Assembly: GCA_965261595.1 (NCBI GenBank)
Contig: CBDHDG010000006.1
Coordinates: 1,672,799-1,736,798, forward strand
Direction: 5' to 3'
From: a bacterium
Lineage (GTDB): Bacteria > UBA8248 > JACPRG01 > G963555815
Length of the DNA stretch: 64,000 nucleotides
Below are positions 9,188-19,060 of the stretch, one piece after another; the first letter of the stretch is position 1, and each line of letters starts with the position of its first letter. The notes under the pieces were generated by a model, which did no database searches, was not told the origin of the DNA, and saw nothing but the letters and a program-made list of their open reading frames with translations. The translations under genes were made by a program, and so were the position numbers.

Positions 9188-11703
9188 TGGCCTACCGCCG
9201 GGGGGAGGACCGGGAGGCCCGGGCCTGGATGGAGCGGGTGCTCGAGCGCTTTCCGGGACATCCCCAGGCGGTAGTGGCCGATTTCATCGCCGGAGAGATC
9301 TCTTTGCGCCGGGATGACCTTGCCCGCGCCGCTTGGCATTTCGCCGGCGCGCGGCAAGCCGCCGCGGAGCGGGGACGGGAGCGACTCCTGAAGCTCGCCT
9401 TGTTTCGCGAGGGGATGACAGCGTTCCATCTTGAAAGGTATGAACGCGTAACCGAGTCCCTGGATGCTTATCTCAAAACCCCCGGCGCATTGGCCCATGC
9501 GCGTTCGGCCCGCTTCGCCCTCGGCTGGTCCTACCTTCAGGTCCGCCTTTATCTGAAGGCGCGGGACGCCTTTCTGAAATCCCTGCGGGCCGATTCGGAT
9601 GAGACAGGAGAGGTCTCGCTCGGCTGGCTGTTGAGCGCGCTCGCACTGGGTCGGGAGGACGAGGTCCAAGGCGCTTTGCGCCGCCTGAAGGGGATTCGTC
9701 CGGACGGGCGATCCGCTTTGTGGGGTGCGTTGGCCTGGGCGCGCCGGCTCCACCGCTCGGGCCGATTTCAAGCGTCGGTTGAGGTTCTCGAAGAGGCCCT
9801 GCGCGGCCTGAAGGGCGCCGAAGCCGCCGGGAAGGAAGACCTCATCCGCTGGGCCCGGCTTCTGTTGGCCTTTTCCCTCTACAACGCGGGTGGAAAAGAT
9901 CAATCGGCCTCGGAGATTTTCCGGGATTTGTCGGAGGCCCCCGCGGGCGTTGGAGATGTCCTTCGGACCCAAGCGGCGTACGGGCTTCTCCTCGCACGGT
10001 TGGGCGCCGGGGCCCTCAAGGGGGCGGTGAGCGCCGCGGATTCCTTCGAGAAACGGTTTCCAACCGACCCGCGGTTGGCGGAGGCCCGGTTCTGGAGAGG
10101 CGAAGCGCTCTTACGGCTCAAGCGGCCCGCCGATGCGCGGGGGGCGTTCGAGAAAATCCCCCCCCATCACCGTCTGGGTCCGGAAGCCGCGTTGGGACGG
10201 GCCTATGCCTTTTATGACGAAGGACGCTGGCCGGACGCCTTGGCCGCTTTCGGCGAGGCGGCGAAACGGCTTCGGGGGCGTCCCGCGCTTCTGGCCGAGG
10301 TCCGGGTTCGGCAGGCCGAGGCCCACTACAACATGCGCAATTACGGCCGCGCGGGGGAAATGTACCGGAAAACCCTGAAAGAATTTCCGGATGGCCGCAT
10401 GGCGAAGACCGCCGCTCTTCGACTTGGGGAGATGCAGTTCCGGCGGGCGAATTACCAAGAGGCGGAGAATACGTTTGCGGAGTATTTGCGTCGGTGGCCC
10501 AAAAGCCCCCGCGGCGATGAGGCCTATTTTTGGAGGGGGTTGACCCGGATCCGGCTGGGGTGGTTTCCCTTGGCTCGTGTATCGCTGTCCCGGCTCGTGC
10601 GGGATTATCCCAAGAGCCGTTACCGGACCATGGCCCTTTTGCAGATCGGGCACTCCTACTACAACCAAGGCGATTTCATGGAGTCCATGGCCGCGTACAA
10701 CCGTGTTCTCGCCCAAAATCCCTCCTCGGAGGAGGCGAGGGAAGCCAGATACGGAATCGTGTTGACCCAGTTGCGGTCGGGCGACACGGACAAGTTCATC
10801 CGCGACGCGCGGGCCTTCATCCGGAAGGAGCCGGACCACAAGCTGGTCACGACGATGGAATTCCAGGTGGCCGAGATCTATCTGGCGCAGAAGCGATACA
10901 AGGACGCCCTGGCCGCCTACGTGCGGGTCTTGCGCCGGGGGGGGCCGGATTCCGATGTGGTCCACTTTCGGATCGGCGAGATCAAGCGCCTGGAAGGCAA
11001 GCCGGCGGAGGCGGCGGATTATTTCCGCGATCTGCTGGATCGGTTCCCCGACAGCCGCGTCCGGGGAGACGCCCGGTACCGCCTGGCCGCGTCCCTGGCC
11101 GAGCTCGGCGATTGCGAGGGCGCCGTGCGGGAGTATGGTCTCTTCGTCCGGAACCACCCGAGGCATAGCCTGCTGACGCAGGCGCGCTATGAGGCGGCGA
11201 ACTGCGCCCTGCGCCTGAACGACCAGGACGCCGCGGAACGATATTTTTCACAAGTCGTGCAGAGCGGCGGGGCCGGCGCGCTGGTCGCCGGCAGCCACTA
11301 CGCCCTGGGCCGTATCGCGCGGAAGAACCGGCGTTTCGGGCAGGCCCTGTCTCACCTGGAAGCCGCGATGAAGGGCGACGTGGGCCGGGAGCTGCGGCCG
11401 CGCATCCAGTTCGAGCTGGGGAGTCTGCGGGAGGCCGGAAAGCAGTATCCGCGCGCCGTGGTAGAATACCTGAAGATCATTTACTTGTATCCTCGGGAGA
11501 AGGTTTTTGTCCACCGGGCGCTCTTGCGGGTGGCGCGGATTTATGAGTTGCAGGATAAGAAAGGGCAAGCCATCGACCTCTACCGGAAGGTTCTGAAGGG
11601 TTCGCCCGATCCGTCCGTTCGCCGGCGCGCGCGTGCGCGTCTGGAGTTGCTGAAGGGGGTGTCTGAAGAAATGCGGTCCCAACCCGCGGAGAAGGTCCGA
11701 TGA
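9187..11703 (+). CDS. TPR-repeat protein
   Basis: About 840 aa of repeated TPR-like motifs. Translationally coupled to the upstream ORF and to exbB (stop overlaps ATG at 11700). Confidence 0.75.
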   Translation: MAYRRGEDREARAWMERVLERFPGHPQAVVADFIAGEISLRRDDLARAAWHFAGARQAAAERGRERLLKLALFREGMTAFHLERYERVTESLDAYLKTPGALAHARSARFALGWSYLQVRLYLKARDAFLKSLRADSDETGEVSLGWLLSALALGREDEVQGALRRLKGIRPDGRSALWGALAWARRLHRSGRFQASVEVLEEALRGLKGAEAAGKEDLIRWARLLLAFSLYNAGGKDQSASEIFRDLSEAPAGVGDVLRTQAAYGLLLARLGAGALKGAVSAADSFEKRFPTDPRLAEARFWRGEALLRLKRPADARGAFEKIPPHHRLGPEAALGRAYAFYDEGRWPDALAAFGEAAKRLRGRPALLAEVRVRQAEAHYNMRNYGRAGEMYRKTLKEFPDGRMAKTAALRLGEMQFRRANYQEAENTFAEYLRRWPKSPRGDEAYFWRGLTRIRLGWFPLARVSLSRLVRDYPKSRYRTMALLQIGHSYYNQGDFMESMAAYNRVLAQNPSSEEAREARYGIVLTQLRSGDTDKFIRDARAFIRKEPDHKLVTTMEFQVAEIYLAQKRYKDALAAYVRVLRRGGPDSDVVHFRIGEIKRLEGKPAEAADYFRDLLDRFPDSRVRGDARYRLAASLAELGDCEGAVREYGLFVRNHPRHSLLTQARYEAANCALRLNDQDAAERYFSQVVQSGGAGALVAGSHYALGRIARKNRRFGQALSHLEAAMKGDVGRELRPRIQFELGSLREAGKQYPRAVVEYLKIIYLYPREKVFVHRALLRVARIYELQDKKGQAIDLYRKVLKGSPDPSVRRRARARLELLKGVSEEMRSQPAEKVR

Positions 11704-12299
11704 TTGAGTTCCTTTTACGGGGCGGCGTTCTGATGGCCCCCATCCTCTTTTGCTCGGTGTTGGCCTTGGGCATTGTCATCGAGCGCATGTTCAACCTGAG
11801 GGTGAAGCGGGTGATCCGGACCGCGGAGCTGGAGGAAGTGGAGTCCATGATCCGGGCGAAGCGGATCTCCGAGGCCAACATGATCCTTCGCCGCTCCACC
11901 TCGGCGATTTCCCGAATCCTGCTGGCGGCCATCCTCAATCACGACAAAGAACGGACGGAGATCAAGGAGTTGATTGAAGACGCGGGCCGACAGGAAATCC
12001 CGACGCTGGAGCGTTACCTGGGCATCCTTGGGTCGATTGCGGGGATCACCCCCCTGCTGGGGTTGCTGGGAACGGTGGCGGGCATGATCCGGGTGTTCGA
12101 TGTCATCTCGAAGGCGGGCGTCGGCCAGCCCAACGCCCTGGCGGGCGGGATTTCCGAAGCCCTCATCACCACGGCCGCCGGACTCACCGTCGCCATCCCG
12201 GCTTTGGTTTTCCATGGTTACTTCGTGAGCAAGGTGGACGGTCTGGTTCTGGAAATGGAGAAGCACTCCCTTCGGCTCCTGGACATCCTGAAACGATAG
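11700..12299 (+). CDS. exbB: MotA/TolQ/ExbB proton-channel family protein
   Basis: 199 aa, 3 TM segments, conserved LGLLGTVAGMIRVF...ALITTAAGLTVAIPA region. Confidence 0.85.
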   Translation: MIEFLLRGGVLMAPILFCSVLALGIVIERMFNLRVKRVIRTAELEEVESMIRAKRISEANMILRRSTSAISRILLAAILNHDKERTEIKELIEDAGRQEIPTLERYLGILGSIAGITPLLGLLGTVAGMIRVFDVISKAGVGQPNALAGGISEALITTAAGLTVAIPALVFHGYFVSKVDGLVLEMEKHSLRLLDILKR

Positions 12300-12327
12300 G
12301 CGCCTCCATCCATATTCGGGAACTGAC

Positions 12328-12744
12328 ATGAAATTCCGCCTTCACAGACGTCCGGCAGTGCTCCAGAACCTTCTTCCCCTCATCGACGTCGTTCTCCTGC
12401 TATTAATATTCTTCATGGTTTCTTCGACGTTTGTCCTACAACCGGGAATCCAGGTCAGCCTCCCGAAATCCACCATCGCCGAACGCCGGGAGCCGGAGGA
12501 CGTGACGCTCATCCTGACCCGTGAGAAGGCCCTGTACTTGAATGATCGCAGGGTGACCGTGCCCGAGTTGTGGGGCCGGCTGGTGGACATGTATCGAAGG
12601 CGGCCCGACTTCATGTTGGTCATCAAGGCGGATCGGCAGGTCCCTCATGGGAGTGTGGTGGAAGTGATGGACATCGCCAAGCAGGCGGGTGTCCGCCGCC
12701 TGGCCATCGCCACTCGGCCCAAGAAGCAGGAAGCCAAACGGTGA
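12328..12744 (+). CDS. exbD: ExbD/TolR biopolymer transport protein
   Basis: 138 aa, single N-terminal TM (LIDVVLLLLIFFMVSS), ExbD-family length and layout. Confidence 0.85.
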   Translation: MKFRLHRRPAVLQNLLPLIDVVLLLLIFFMVSSTFVLQPGIQVSLPKSTIAERREPEDVTLILTREKALYLNDRRVTVPELWGRLVDMYRRRPDFMLVIKADRQVPHGSVVEVMDIAKQAGVRRLAIATRPKKQEAKR

Positions 12745-13649
12745 GATTGCGGTGGGGATTTTGGGCTGGCGTGGGGGCTTCGATTGCCGTCCATGTCGGG
12801 TTCATGGTGATTGTGCCTCCGCCCGAGCCCCAGGCGGTGATGAGGACGCCGATGCACGTGGTCGAGCTTCGGAGGATGCGGATCCCGGTTCCGACCCCCC
12901 CCCCCCCCCCGAGCCCGCGGGAGCGTCCCGAACGGGAGCCGGTCGTCGGGCCGCCTCCTCCGCTCCCGCCTCCTCCGCCGGCCGCCTCGCCTCCCGTCGC
13001 GGCGCTGCGCCTGGAGGAGATGGTCCGGGCGGCCCGTCCGCCTGATTTCAAGGCCCCCCTTCCGATCCCGTCCGCCTTTGTGTTCGCCGACCGATTGGGG
13101 AAGACCCCGGTGGTCGCGCCGAAGGTTTTCAGTCACGCGAAATTGCCGCGTGGGACCCCGGGCGGATCGCCGCCGGTCGGCCGGTTCAAGATCCCGTCCG
13201 TCCGGTCCGGCGCGGCGGGGAGGCGGTCGGACGGGTTGCGAGCTCTTCGGAAGCGATTGATTCGGCAGGAGCTTCTCAAGGCTTCAGAGGCCGAGCCGGA
13301 GGAATTGGAGATCCGGGGCCCCGTCGCCGGGCGAGAATTGGTTTACCGGCCTCCGCCCCCCACCCCATTCCGCGGTGCGGAAGGCGAGATCAAGTTGAAA
13401 TTCTGGGTGCTTCCCGATGGGACCGTGGGGCGGATTGTTCTCCTGGTCCGGGGGGACTCGTCCCTCGAGACGACCGCCATCGGGAATCTCAAGCGATGGA
13501 AATTCAACACCCTCCCTCCCGGCGCCCGGGTTCCCGAGCAGTGGGGGACGATACGGTTCCGGTTCCTTTCCGGCGCGGCGATTTCGCCCATCGCCCCGGG
13601 GGTGCGCGTGCTGAAACCCAAGGTTCTCCGAGAGCTTCCCCTTCCCTGA
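12741..13649 (+). CDS. tonB: TonB family energy transducer
   Basis: GTG at 12741 overlaps the exbD stop (GTGA). N-terminal TM, Pro-rich spacer encoded partly by a C14 tract, C-terminal TonB domain (KLKFWVLPDGTVGRIVLL). Confidence 0.7.
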   Translation: MRLRWGFWAGVGASIAVHVGFMVIVPPPEPQAVMRTPMHVVELRRMRIPVPTPPPPPSPRERPEREPVVGPPPPLPPPPPAASPPVAALRLEEMVRAARPPDFKAPLPIPSAFVFADRLGKTPVVAPKVFSHAKLPRGTPGGSPPVGRFKIPSVRSGAAGRRSDGLRALRKRLIRQELLKASEAEPEELEIRGPVAGRELVYRPPPPTPFRGAEGEIKLKFWVLPDGTVGRIVLLVRGDSSLETTAIGNLKRWKFNTLPPGARVPEQWGTIRFRFLSGAAISPIAPGVRVLKPKVLRELPLP

Positions 13650-13688
13650 GTCTCATCCGATGACGGATTCAGGGGTGCTCCCGCGGGG

Positions 13689-15041
13689 CTACGTCGGGGC
13701 GGTGCGGCTGATGACCTCGGCCGAGTCTCGTCGGATGTTGGTGTAATGGGAATCCCGCCGGGGATAGCCCATGCGGATGAGAAACAGGGGCTCGTAGGCG
13801 TCCGGAATGTCGAGAATTTCCCGAAGCGCGGCCTTGGGCTTTTCCTGGACGATGATGGAGGTTTGAAACTGAACGCCGGCGCCCAGGGCCGCGGCGGTCA
13901 GCCACAGCGCTTGGATCCCCGCCCCCACGCCGTTGAGGATCCGCCGCCGGAAGGGATCGTCGGCCGCAAACCGGCCCGTGGAGTTTTCGATGACCCCCGT
14001 CAGGTAGGCGCCGGTCGTCTCGGGGGACGTCTCGGCCTCGCGCAGCATGATCCGGTGCGCTCCCAGGGCCATGGCCAGCGGGGCGAGGGCGGTTTTCAGA
14101 CCGAGTCGCGCGAGCGTCCTTTTCACCCCGGTCAACCCGAAGTGACCGACCCACTCCCCATCTCCCCGCCGCTTCCATTCCTTTTTCTGAAAGCGCAACC
14201 ATCCGCAGGTCTCCCGAAACCGCCCCCGGTCCCCGGTCGCCTGTTTCCAGGCGCGCTCTTGAAGCCGGGTCAGCTCCATGGTGTTTCCGGATTCCTCCGC
14301 CAGGACGAGCGCCGCCTCCATCGCCCCGTGAGCATCGATGGCCCGGCGGGCTGCGGAAAGCATCCGCACGCTGTCTTCCGGCCAGGGATCGGTCCGCAAC
14401 ATCGGCGCCCGGTCGGTTTGACGCGACCGGATGCAATCCAGGGCCTCCATTCCATCGGCGTGTTGGGGCCGTGGCTGAATGTGGACGGGCTTGGCTTTGA
14501 ATGAATCCAGGTGGTAGACGGCGGGGGCGGGTCGCGATGCGTTTTGGGGGTCGCCGGATCTCCCGATTCCGAAGAGGAGATACGGTTCCAGGTTGTCCGG
14601 GAAGGAGAAGCTCACGGGACGCCAGGATTTCACGATTCGATCGGAGGGTCCCCGGACGTTGCAGGCCAGACCCAATGCCGCCGAGGCCGCTTGGATGTTT
14701 AGGCACGCCGTGCCGAGGGCGATGTAGGATTCGGAGCCCAGCGGGTCGGCGACGGGCAGCATCCGGTTTCGGTCTAGATGACAGAGGATCCACGCCCGCC
14801 CATCCGCGAGATCCTTCTCTTCAGGAACGGCGGAGAAGGCCCGGGCCGCCTCTTGTCGGCAGCCGGGCGCGCGCAGGACCTGGAAGTGCCAGGGTTGTGT
14901 GTTGTACGCCGAAGCGGCCCAGCGGGCGGCCTCCAGAATCTTGTTCATCTGTTCTTCGGACGGCGCGCCGCCGTCCGGTGGAGCCGCGCCGCCATTGCCG
15001 GGCGGGGCCAACCCTCTTTCGATGGCCTCGAAGATGTCCAT
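13689..15041 (-). CDS. nitroreductase family protein with two nitroreductase-like domains (SagB-type dehydrogenase-like)
   Basis: YNTQPWHF nitroreductase motif and a second homologous half. Start taken at MDIFEAIERG (15041); a longer start at 15125 is possible. Confidence 0.6.
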   Translation of the reverse strand: MDIFEAIERGLAPPGNGGAAPPDGGAPSEEQMNKILEAARWAASAYNTQPWHFQVLRAPGCRQEAARAFSAVPEEKDLADGRAWILCHLDRNRMLPVADPLGSESYIALGTACLNIQAASAALGLACNVRGPSDRIVKSWRPVSFSFPDNLEPYLLFGIGRSGDPQNASRPAPAVYHLDSFKAKPVHIQPRPQHADGMEALDCIRSRQTDRAPMLRTDPWPEDSVRMLSAARRAIDAHGAMEAALVLAEESGNTMELTRLQERAWKQATGDRGRFRETCGWLRFQKKEWKRRGDGEWVGHFGLTGVKRTLARLGLKTALAPLAMALGAHRIMLREAETSPETTGAYLTGVIENSTGRFAADDPFRRRILNGVGAGIQALWLTAAALGAGVQFQTSIIVQEKPKAALREILDIPDAYEPLFLIRMGYPRRDSHYTNIRRDSAEVISRTAPT

Positions 15042-15324
15042 GTGCGCAATTCTACCAGACAAGGCCGGGCGCGAGTGGAGAGAGCCGACGCGGCTTGTTC
15101 GCCCTTTCCTCGAATAAATCGCCATTCACGCGGAAAAAGGGGGGGGGATTCGACGTTGTGGAAGAGACGCTCGCGCTTCCCCAAGTCGACGAAACGCCGG
15201 GTCCGGTTCGCCTTGGACGGAGTCGCGATAGGTTTGGGGATTCCGGTGGACCATGGAACCATGAATCCCCGGCGCGCGCGAAGGCGGCGCCGGCGGTCGA
15301 ATGAGTCTATGAACGAGTTCTATC

Positions 15325-16179
15325 TCACTCGGAAGGCGCGCTTGCCGGCTTCGCCGGCTTTTGCGGTGTTTCGATGATTTCCGTGACCATGCCGTCCACA
15401 ATCCTGATCAGAAACCGCTGAACTTCTTCCCCCCCCTCCACATAACCGAAGGGCATCAACGTCAAGCTCCCGGTGGGGGTTGTGACGGACTCGAACCCGG
15501 GGCCCCACAGAAACCCGTCGGCAAAGTATACGTACCCGTAGAAGGATTGATAGAAGGCGCCGCCCAGGTGATAGCGAAGCTCTCCGGCGGTCATTCCGGC
15601 GCGCACCTTCGCGATGGCCCGCTCGGCCCGGGCGAAGGCCGCCCGGGTGAGGCGGGTCGTTTCGAGGTGCTTCCGGATCGACCGGTTTTCCTCTTCCCGG
15701 GTCGGGTCCTTCCTTAAAACGGGCGGGGATCCCCGCAACGTGGAAGGCTCCGGCCGGGGCATGTCCAGTACGGCCCGGACCTTTCCATTTTTCAAGATAA
15801 CCAGGGTTCGCTCGACCACGCGCCAGCCTTCATGATAGCCGAAGGAATATTCCTCGATGAGATCGCCCGCGCCGCCCCGCAGGTGGTTCTTCCGGCTGAG
15901 GCCCGTCAGCCAGCCGTCACCGCCCGAGAAGGTCGTGTACCACTCCTCCCCCGGATAACGGCGAAGTCCCAGGGCCCGGACGAAGGCCTCCCGGCTCATT
16001 CCCGGCCGAACCCGTCTCAGACGCTCTTGCGCCATCAGATAGGCCCCGTATTCGGGATTATTGCCGACGCTCACATGTCGCCTTTCCCGCGGATTGCCTT
16101 CGACACTCCACCACGACTGTCCGCAACCCGAGAGAGAGAGGATCAGCAACACGCACAAAAAAATGTTTGGAAAAGTCAT
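15325..16179 (-). CDS. lipoprotein, function unknown
   Basis: Start MTFPNIFLCVLLILSLSGC gives a lipoprotein signal with an LSGC lipobox. Confidence 0.55.
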   Translation of the reverse strand: MTFPNIFLCVLLILSLSGCGQSWWSVEGNPRERRHVSVGNNPEYGAYLMAQERLRRVRPGMSREAFVRALGLRRYPGEEWYTTFSGGDGWLTGLSRKNHLRGGAGDLIEEYSFGYHEGWRVVERTLVILKNGKVRAVLDMPRPEPSTLRGSPPVLRKDPTREEENRSIRKHLETTRLTRAAFARAERAIAKVRAGMTAGELRYHLGGAFYQSFYGYVYFADGFLWGPGFESVTTPTGSLTLMPFGYVEGGEEVQRFLIRIVDGMVTEIIETPQKPAKPASAPSE

Positions 16180-16195
16180 GGTCGGATTCTTTTCG

Positions 16196-16627
16196 TCAGA
16201 GGGTTTTGGGGAGAAACCTCCGGCGCACGCGCGCCATGTAGCTTTGATACCGCGGGTCCGAAAGGAGAAACCGCTCCTCGGCCAAGGCCCGAAGCGGCAG
16301 TCCGATGAAAAGGGCCGACACAATGACCCAGTTTCGGGCCAGGGGGTTTTCCAGGACTATGCCGAGAAAGAAACAAAGCTCCCCCGTGTACATGGGATGC
16401 CTCACCCACCCATAAAGGCCTCGATCGGTCAGGCCCCGATCCGCGGGAACCAGTCCAAAGCTGCGGCCCAGTTTCCGCACTCCCCGTGGCTCATGGGTGC
16501 TGCCCTCGGACATCTCTTTCACCTTTTCCTCGATCAAGCCACGAACATTCGAGGGTTCAGGCCCCATTATTTCCTCTGTTACCGGGCCTATCACAACTTC
16601 TCCGCCGCTAACCTTTTCCGTGCTCAT
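16196..16627 (-). CDS. isoprenylcysteine carboxyl methyltransferase (ICMT/PEMT)-like protein, apparently lacking the N-terminal TM half
   Basis: C-terminal TDRGLYGWVRHPMYTG...EERFL motif typical of the ICMT/PEMT family. The N-terminal 70 aa are non-hydrophobic, so it may be truncated. Confidence 0.45.
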   Translation of the reverse strand: MSTEKVSGGEVVIGPVTEEIMGPEPSNVRGLIEEKVKEMSEGSTHEPRGVRKLGRSFGLVPADRGLTDRGLYGWVRHPMYTGELCFFLGIVLENPLARNWVIVSALFIGLPLRALAEERFLLSDPRYQSYMARVRRRFLPKTL

Positions 16628-16804
16628 CCCGCCCGCGCGGCCGAAGCCCGACTTGTCTCGGGCGACAGATCTCCGGCCACCACCTCAAGGGTGTAGCTCA
16701 CACGGTTTCGGGTCTTTCGGTTCCGCCCCAGGGACCGGGGGGGAAGGGGGGCCGTTCGGACCGTCCTGACCGCTTCTCCACGTCCGGCCCTTCTCTTCAC
16801 ACGC

Positions 16805-18395
16805 TCAATTTCCCGGAAATGAAAAGACCGGCTTGAGCGGTCTGGTTTTCAGACCGCCCCGCCGCGCCCTGGCGATCAGTCCGGGATAGCGGTTTCTCCG
16901 GATAAAAATCACGGCGTTTTCGGGAAGAGGACTCGCGTAAATCAGCGCGAAGTCGGTCCGCGCCTTCATGCGATCGAGCATGGGCCATTTCTTTCCCATC
17001 AAGACCACGTCCGTGGGATACCGGTCCAGGAGGTCGTTCCAGGAAATTCGCTCCGCGCCCGGCAGGAACGCCTTTCCGTAATGGAATGCCATATAGGCCT
17101 GTTCGGCCCCGGGCGGATAGACGTTCCGGTAGCGGCCGTCATAGGCGAGCAGGTTATGGGCGGGTTTACCGGCGGCCGAGTCGGGACCCAGGCGCCACAG
17201 GACGAACTGAGCCCAATTGAACCAGACCGCCAGGTTCCCGCGAATCCCGTTATCGCGGATGAATTGAACCGCCCGCATGGGGAAATGGGCGGTCTTCATC
17301 GGGATGCGCCAGGGGGTGTAGACGCCGTACAGGGCGCCCGCCGCCGTGACGCCGAGGATCAGGGCAAAGACGAGCGCCGTCTTCATGACCCGCTGGGCGC
17401 GTCGACCGGGCAGGTTGGGTGGGGGGAGGGGGAGATGAGAGAGAGGGGGGGAGTTGCCGCGCGTCCACCGGGCGCGAATCGCGCTTTCCAGATGCTTGGG
17501 AATGAACATCGCGGCGGCAATGCAGAAGAACACCGTATGCCGGATGTGGACAAGCCCGCCGATGACCAGCCCCGCCAGGAGAAGGACCTCGAAGGCGTCC
17601 CTTCGCCGGCGGGTGAAAATCAACGACCCGGCCGAGATGAGCAGAATCACCTTGAAGAAGGGGAAATCCACATCCACGTAGGGGAACCGGCCGGTGAAGA
17701 ACTTGAGCGGGACCCACTCGGCCATCACGATGGGGCGGGGGGTTGTCTGATCGAACCACAGCCAGCGGTAGAGCTCCCGTCCGTACGGGTTTGATCAGGG
17801 TGACCAGCGCGCTTGCCAGGAAGGCGGCGGCCGTCCAGACAAGCAACCGGCGGGTCGATTCCGCGAGGGCGGCGTCTTGCCGCGCGAACAGCAGACGCAA
17901 ACCCGTCACCCCGGTCAGCAGCCCGATGACGACGAGGCCGGCTAGGAACCCGCCGTGGGTGTTGGCCCACAGGAGCATCAAGGGGACCCAGGCCAAGGTC
18001 CACGTGGGGTTCAGGCTTCGAGTCAGGTGAGTCCGGGAGATCAGGGCAAGGAGCAGTGTGAAGAGGAAGAAGGTGAACAACTGCGGCCGAAAGGCCATCA
18101 CCGGGGCGATTCCGCCCCATGCGAGGGTGAACATGACGACGACCTCCAGCAGGTTGCGCGTCGTCGCCCGTCCCACCCGGAGGATGCAGGCGAGAAGCCC
18201 CGCCACCAGGAGCAAGCGGAAGAGCCAAAGGCCGAAGGCGCCCCAGTGCGTCCAGGCGAAGGCGATGAGAATCTGGCTGAGCCAAGCGTGGCGGACCCAC
18301 TCAAAAACGGGGTTGATCGGCTCATGGAACCGGAGGGTGTAGGACATAGGGGTCCGCCCACAAGAATTGACCGCTCTGGAGCGTGTATTGGCCAA
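16805..18395 (-). pseudogene. polytopic membrane protein (glycosyltransferase-like multi-TM N-terminal domain plus soluble C-terminal domain) split across two reading frames
   Basis: ORFs 17250..18395 and 16805..17728 are both protein-like and join near 17770-17790 (LIKP | YGRELYRW) with a +/-1 frame change. A further frame break near 18340 separates an upstream TM segment (FFLVCLLIGGCLALG). Confidence 0.5.
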
Positions 18396-18889
18396 AACGG
18401 ATGTGGCCCCAGAGGTCCGGGTCGGGTGAAGCGACCTGCATGCCCAGGGCGAGACAACCGCCGATGAGAAGGCAAACGAGGAAAAAGGAATTCAGGTCAA
18501 CGCGGTCGAACCGGGATATCCACTTTGCGGCGGCGGGGGGGGGGCGCGAAGAACGAGATGAATCAGACGGGCTCACGGGCGCGCGTGCCTTTCGAAGATA
18601 TCTCAACGGGGGCGGGCGCGACGTGCGCGGAACCCTCTCGGACCGCCGAGGGGCCGCCGCGGACTTCGATTCCTTCAGCGAAAATAACGATTGGGCGTCG
18701 GAGAAGGGCCGCGGGGCGAGGCGATGTCCGAAATCCCCGGAAACCCGGGAGCGCGGCAAGAATTCACCGTGTTCCTTACCGTTCCGTTCGGGATTCATAC
18801 TCCCGATGTCGGCGGTTGTCCCTGAGGATGTGAAGAATCAAGGCAATCGGAATTATGCCCTTGACAAAGTAGGCCACAAGGTCTATATT

Positions 18890-19060
18890 CTAGGGTATGG
18901 CTGATTCATCGTTCACTTCAGCGTCTTTCGACCTTTCGCCCACAATCTTGTCTACTTCCTTCATAACCCGTTTTCCGAATATCTTCTCCATAAAATCATG
19001 GCCCGAAAGTTCGAGGTCTTCCTTTTTCAGTTCGTCTTTCTCTTTGGGGGATTGACCCAT
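18890..19060 (-). CDS. small hypothetical protein inside the IS, divergent from the transposase
   Basis: 57-aa charged ORF (MGQSPKEKDELKKEDLEL...) abutting the transposase start. Weak support only. Confidence 0.2.
   Translation of the reverse strand: MGQSPKEKDELKKEDLELSGHDFMEKIFGKRVMKEVDKIVGERSKDAEVNDESAIP

Noticed and set aside
18383-18904. 173-aa + strand ORF overlapping the membrane-protein 5' region and the IS left end
   Set aside because: It crosses the IS terminal repeat, has a low-complexity Arg-rich composition and lies antisense to a better-supported gene.
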